Below, one piece after another: positions 59,463 through 64,000 of a stretch of DNA of 64,000 nucleotides. Source of the stretch: Mobula hypostoma (Eukaryota). The position numbers and the translations under genes are program-made. Location: assembly GCF_963921235.1 (NCBI RefSeq), contig NC_086109.1:13952001-14016000 (forward strand), in the 5' to 3' direction. The first letter of the stretch is position 1; every line of letters starts with the position of its first letter. Under the pieces are notes generated by a model that saw only the letters and a program-made list of their open reading frames with translations, did no database searches and was not told the DNA's origin.

Positions 59463-62400
59463 GGTGTAGTTCATGCCAGGATACTGACTCACCAGCAGTT
59501 GGACTTTCCAGATACAAGTGTATTTTTACTACAATCAATTGAAACACTGATTGCACACAGGTCTCCAAAAACAGATCTCCATCTAACTAGTTATGTGACT
59601 TCTAAAACCATTTCGCTGCACCAGTGTTAAAGGGGGGGGGGGGAGGAGTGAATACTTATGCAATCAATTTTTTTGTGTTTTATATTTATAATTAATTTAG
59701 ATCACTTTGTAGAGATCTGTTTTCACTTTGATATAAGAGTCTTTTTCTGTTGATCAGTGTCAAAAAAGCCAAGTTAAATTCGCTGAGATTCAATGTTGTA
59801 AAACAATAAAACATGAAAAATGTCTGTGGGGGGTGAATCCTTTTTATAGGCACTGTACATTCTTTGATAATAAATTTACTTTGAACGTTGAGATTCCAGC
59901 ATCCGCAGTCTCCTGAAGTTGTAAAACATCCATTGAGTTTTGCACCTTGAGGTGATGTTTTAAGCACAAAAGGTTCTTTTCCCCCATCCTCTGCCTAAAG
60001 CGTTTATGTTTTCCCTGACATAAAGGTAGAAAGTTCCAGGCAAGTTTGTTTATTCCAAGTTTTGTAGTTTTCCTCCCAGGCAGTCAGTGCTGGCCCTTTT
60101 CCAGAAGGTGATGATCCTTTGGGAGCTCTCCACCATAGATTTCCATGGTGATTCACTCACACTGCTTGGTAATAACAGCCCTTGTTTCATTCAAAGCAAA
60201 AACTGGTAGAAATAATGAGTAAAGATAGCCATAGCTGCTGTTGAAATGGTGTACGACCTTTCAATGGGCTTAACTTTTGTTTTCGTATGTCTTCTTACAG
60301 TGGATGAGAAAGGAGCATTGTTTTTGTTTTGTTTAGAATTATTGGTAGATTTCTGTGCATGGCTGATTAAGTTCAGAATGAGACAGGAACCATTTGGTAA
60401 TATTTAAAGAGCAACTCACTGAATGCTCAGAAATACTCTTGCTCCAATAGATATGGTGATGGAATAACTTGGCACCGATTGTCTCTGTTTATTTATTGAG
60501 ATACATCACAGAACAGGCCCTTCGTACCCTTCGAGCCACGCCACCCAGCAATCCCCCAGTTTAATCCTAGCCTAATCACGGTACAATTCACCATGCCCAA
60601 TTGGTCTACCAACCGAAACCGGAATACTATAAAAATGAGAGAAGGATAGTCAGGTAGTGTCTGTGGGGTCATGGACTGTTCAGAAAGCTGGTGGTAAAGA
60701 GGAAGAAGCTGTTTCTGAGAGAAGCTTTGGCATTGAATTTTCTTGCAATAACAGCTCTGTTGACACTGATGTTTAGGGTGGGAGAGGCCGGTGAGGTAGG
60801 TGGAGCAGATTAGCGGGTGCTTTTGAGCGCCAGACCAGTTGTAGTCCACACCACAGCACCTGTGGTGACTGGACAGCTAGGGAACACCAAAGCCACTGCC
60901 CTGACCCACACCAACATCCAGTGTTGAGCCGCAAGTTAAGGGTAGTCCACTGCACTGGACAAGCTGCATTCCTCCCATAGCTGACACCAAGCCCATAGGG
61001 GCACTTCTTAAGATTCAAATGTATTTATGAGACATACATTGAAACATATAGTGAAATGCATTGTTTACGTTACACAACAGACCTAGAGCAGTGTCTCCGT
61101 ACTGTCCGGTGCCAATACAGCTTGCCTGAAAAGCTCAGCAGAGACAACAAAACAGCAGCAGCACACACCCCCATTCCTCCCTCCCACCCACCCACACACA
61201 CACACACAGGGACTGTCCTCCAACTTCGGGCCAGGCTTTGTCATCTGAACTTCTGATCGACCACTGGGCTTTGACTGTTGGTGTTGACACCCTGGACTAG
61301 CTGATGAAGGGGCCCTGAATTCCAGGCGCAAGCTCTAGGCGGCCGATGGACTGGCCTTTGGCGCTCCTCCTCGCACAGGCTGCCATCCACGGACTGTCCT
61401 TTGTCACCCTTTGGAGCTCAGTTACGAGGTGGAAAGAGGAAAAGATTCAAGGATGGGTCCATTACCACTCAAAGTGGAGGAGAAACATCTAGGATGGCAT
61501 TGAGAAGCTCAGGAGTGTTCAGAAGCATTCAGAAGTAGCTGGCTTCCTCACACACTAAAAAAAAAATCCTGTCCTATCTGAGGGCATTGGCAGTCCCTGA
61601 ATAGGAATTGGCATTGCCTATTATGGTCACGAGTACCAAGGTATAATGAAAAGCTTACGTGCTGCTCATACACATCGGTTCGTTACACTTTGCATCGAGG
61701 TAGTACAAAATGCAGCAGCCACAGAGAAAGTGCAGTACAGGTAGAGAATAAGGCACAAGAACACAATGAGGTAGACTGTGACGTCAAGAGTCTGTCTTAA
61801 TGCTGAAGGGTTTGAGGACATTGGCCGCATAAATCCCTTCAGCACCCACACATCCAGAGTAAACATAAGTCATCCTTGATCCTAAGAAGCTGCCTAAGAA
61901 AATGGGTGTCAGGAAATCAGGATGAAGGATCAAAGTTCAAAGTGCATTTATTATCAAAGTATCTATACTGTATATAACCCTGAGATCTATCTCCTTACAG
62001 GCGGCCACAAAGCAAAGAAACCCAGTAGAACCCATTTAAAAAAAAGAAAACCGTCAAACACCCAATGTGCAGACAAAAAAAACAAATCATGCAAGCAATA
62101 AGAGTAAGCAAATAACATTCAGGACTGAAGTTCATGAGCGTGAGCCCACAGCCATGAAACCAGTCACAGCTGATCTTGGAGTGAGTTCGTTGCAGGCCAC
62201 AGCCTCAGTTCAGCGCAGAGATGAGTAAATCTTGCAGAACAGTGAGTTGAACGCCAGTCTGTCCCTTGCCTCCCTCACTTCTTCGATCTGGCCCGGCACT
62301 TAAATCAGCTAAACCTCGGGTCGTTCCTTGCTCTCAGACCTGGGCCTGGCCCACCACCTCCACTCTGCCTCACCTCTATTCACCTCGCCTCAGTTCTGCT

Positions 62401-63079
62401 GCTTCGAACTGCCTCCAAGTCTGCTTCAGAAATGGCTCAGACCCCACTCTCAGGCCTGGGCCCTACCTCCTTGCTTAAGCCCATGCTTACACTTGCACTT
62501 CTGTGATTTTTCACATCTGTGCGCGTGAGCCTTGGCTCGACTCATCTGAATGATGCCTTCTCTAAAGCACTCTGGAGTTTCAGCACCGACACTCTCATTT
62601 TGGGGTGGCACCCAAAGCCCTGAATTTCCAGGATCTGGCAGAAGTGCCTCTAATGCGCTCAGTACCGGGATAAAATTTCAGCCTAGAAAGAGGTCAAGAT
62701 CTTTCATTAACTAATGAGCGTGGGAATTTTGCACAAGTCTGTTAGCCATTGCACTAAAAATAGCAATCGGGAACTTCAGCCCTCCAATGTAAATAAACTC
62801 TATTTAGGCTTAAATAAAAGCTCAGCTGACTCTAATTCCCTGATCTACTGCACAATAATAACATGCTTAAATATAAAGCCATCACTTAAATAAGCATCCT
62901 GTTAGGGAAACAATTAATTAAAAGAATGACTCCCCTTGCAGAAAGCTGCAAGTACAGGTTGGTGATATTCCTGTGCTTTATCGAGCTGATGTGGATTAAG
63001 TTGTATCTCTCCAATGTAGAATATCAAATGGGAACAGTACAGATAATTTAAAGGAAAATATAGCATTAACCCAACTCTT

Positions 63080-63525
63080 TATATTCTGTCTGGATAGCCT
63101 CCAACGAGATGGCATGAACGTCGATTTCTCGAACGTGGTAATTGCCTTCTTCTCCAGCACCAGCCCCCCCCCCACCCCACTTTCAGCATTCCCCATTCCT
63201 ATTTCTCTCTTACTTTATCAACTTCCTCTGGTACTCCTCCTCCTTCCCTTTCTTCCATGATCTTCTGACTTCCCCTATCAGATTCCCCCTCTTCCAGCCC
63301 TTGATCTCTTTCGTCAATCAACTTCCCAGCTCTTTACTTCACCTCCCCTCCTCCCAGCTTCACCTATCACCTACTACCTTGTACTTCTTCCTCCCCTCCC
63401 CTCACTTTCTTCCTCTGACCTCGTTTGTCTTGAAGGGTCTCAGCCCGAAATGTCGATTGTTTACTCTTTTCCGTTGATGCTGCCTGGTCTGCTGAATTCC
63501 CTCCAGAAGTTTGTGTGTGTTGCTT
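63080..63525 (+). mobile_element. Penelope-like element 3' part
   Basis: IFCLDSLQRDGMNVDFSN, pyrimidine-rich UTR, degenerate hammerhead at ~63425-63460. Confidence 0.82.
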
Positions 63526-63639
63526 CGGCATTAATAGGTTCGTTCGGACTATCTCTCTTATACAATCCTCCACCCGCTGAGCAAATCCCTGCTCTGTGGG
63601 GGTGCACGTCCATAGCACTATCTGTCTTTGGGGCTTCAG

Positions 63640-63930
63640 GTGGCACAGTGGATTAGCAGTTGGCATAACTAGTGCTAGTAACCAGGGTTCAATTCTCGCT
63701 GCTGTCAGTAAGGAGTTTGTACATTCTCCCCATAACTGCATGGGTTGGTTCCAGTTTCCACTCACGTTCCAAAGACATATGGGTCACTAACTTGTGGGCA
63801 TGCTGTGGTGGTACTGGAGAATGTGACTGTTGCCAGCTGTCCCCAGTGTGTTATCAAACTGTGTTTGTTGTTGATTCAAATGTTGTGTTGTATGTTTCAT
63901 AGTAAAATGACAAAACTAATGTTTAACCTT
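63640..63930 (+). mobile_element. tRNA/V-type SINE with Rex1-like tail
   Basis: ggtggcacagtgg...gggttcaattc head, V-domain, tail ending gacaaaactaat. Confidence 0.75.
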
Positions 63931-64000
63931 TATCTACAAAGCCCTTCCATACATGTGGTTGGCATTAATGAGGAAAATTAGTGATGGGGTCTGGGGGAGA

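Larger units (their letters stand above)
58179..59855 (-). mobile_element. Full-length Tc1 transposon (long IR/DR-type TIRs)
   Basis: ta|cagtgcctataaaaag...ctttttataggcactg|ta; ~210-bp TIRs with inner repeat aagtac/ttcacc; host repeat resumes after TA. Confidence 0.95.

Noticed and set aside
61295..61330. ctgatgaaggggccctgaattc as another hammerhead
   Set aside because: GAAA core replaced by GAAU, no matching stem I and not in Penelope-like context.
1..64000. CRISPR array or prokaryotic operon/defence system
   Set aside because: No regularly spaced repeat-spacer array and no gene-dense prokaryote-like segment; recurring short repeats are dispersed TE ends.

Overview
Eukaryotic, non-genic, transposon-saturated DNA. 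The repeat mix (CR1/HER1-type LINEs, V-domain HE1-like SINEs, Rex1/Babar, Penelope-like elements) points to a cartilaginous fish, probably a ray; this taxon call is inference. I cannot support any intact protein-coding gene: the ORF track is mostly decayed TE coding sequence or chance ORFs, so the window is probably intronic or intergenic. Recognisable elements are two Tc1 copies (one full length with IR/DR-type TIRs and TA duplication), a ~3 kb Charlie/Buster-type hAT fossil, three hAT MITEs, a two-LTR Gypsy (Mag-like) provirus lacking RNase H, an unrelated solo LTR, four R4/Dong-type LINE copies, RTE LINE fragments and many Penelope-like (GIY-YIG) insertions. The most interesting signal is catalytic RNA carried by these repeats. 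(1) A short RTE-derived element at 31010-31268 (-) starts with a twister ribozyme, and its 5' end falls exactly at the twister cleavage site; the upstream P1 strand is supplied by the 11-bp target-site duplication. (2) More than 15 minimal hammerhead motifs (CUGANGA-stem II-GAAAC-GUC|GACUG) occur in Penelope-like terminal repeats, and insertion junctions cluster at the ribozyme. (3) A second RTE-derived element has a highly structured 5' end with a partial HDV-like fold. All R4 copies sit in TAA/TTA-rich tracts of another retroelement's 3' region. Coordinates of old repeats are approximate (about +/-20 bp); TSD-defined boundaries were read directly.
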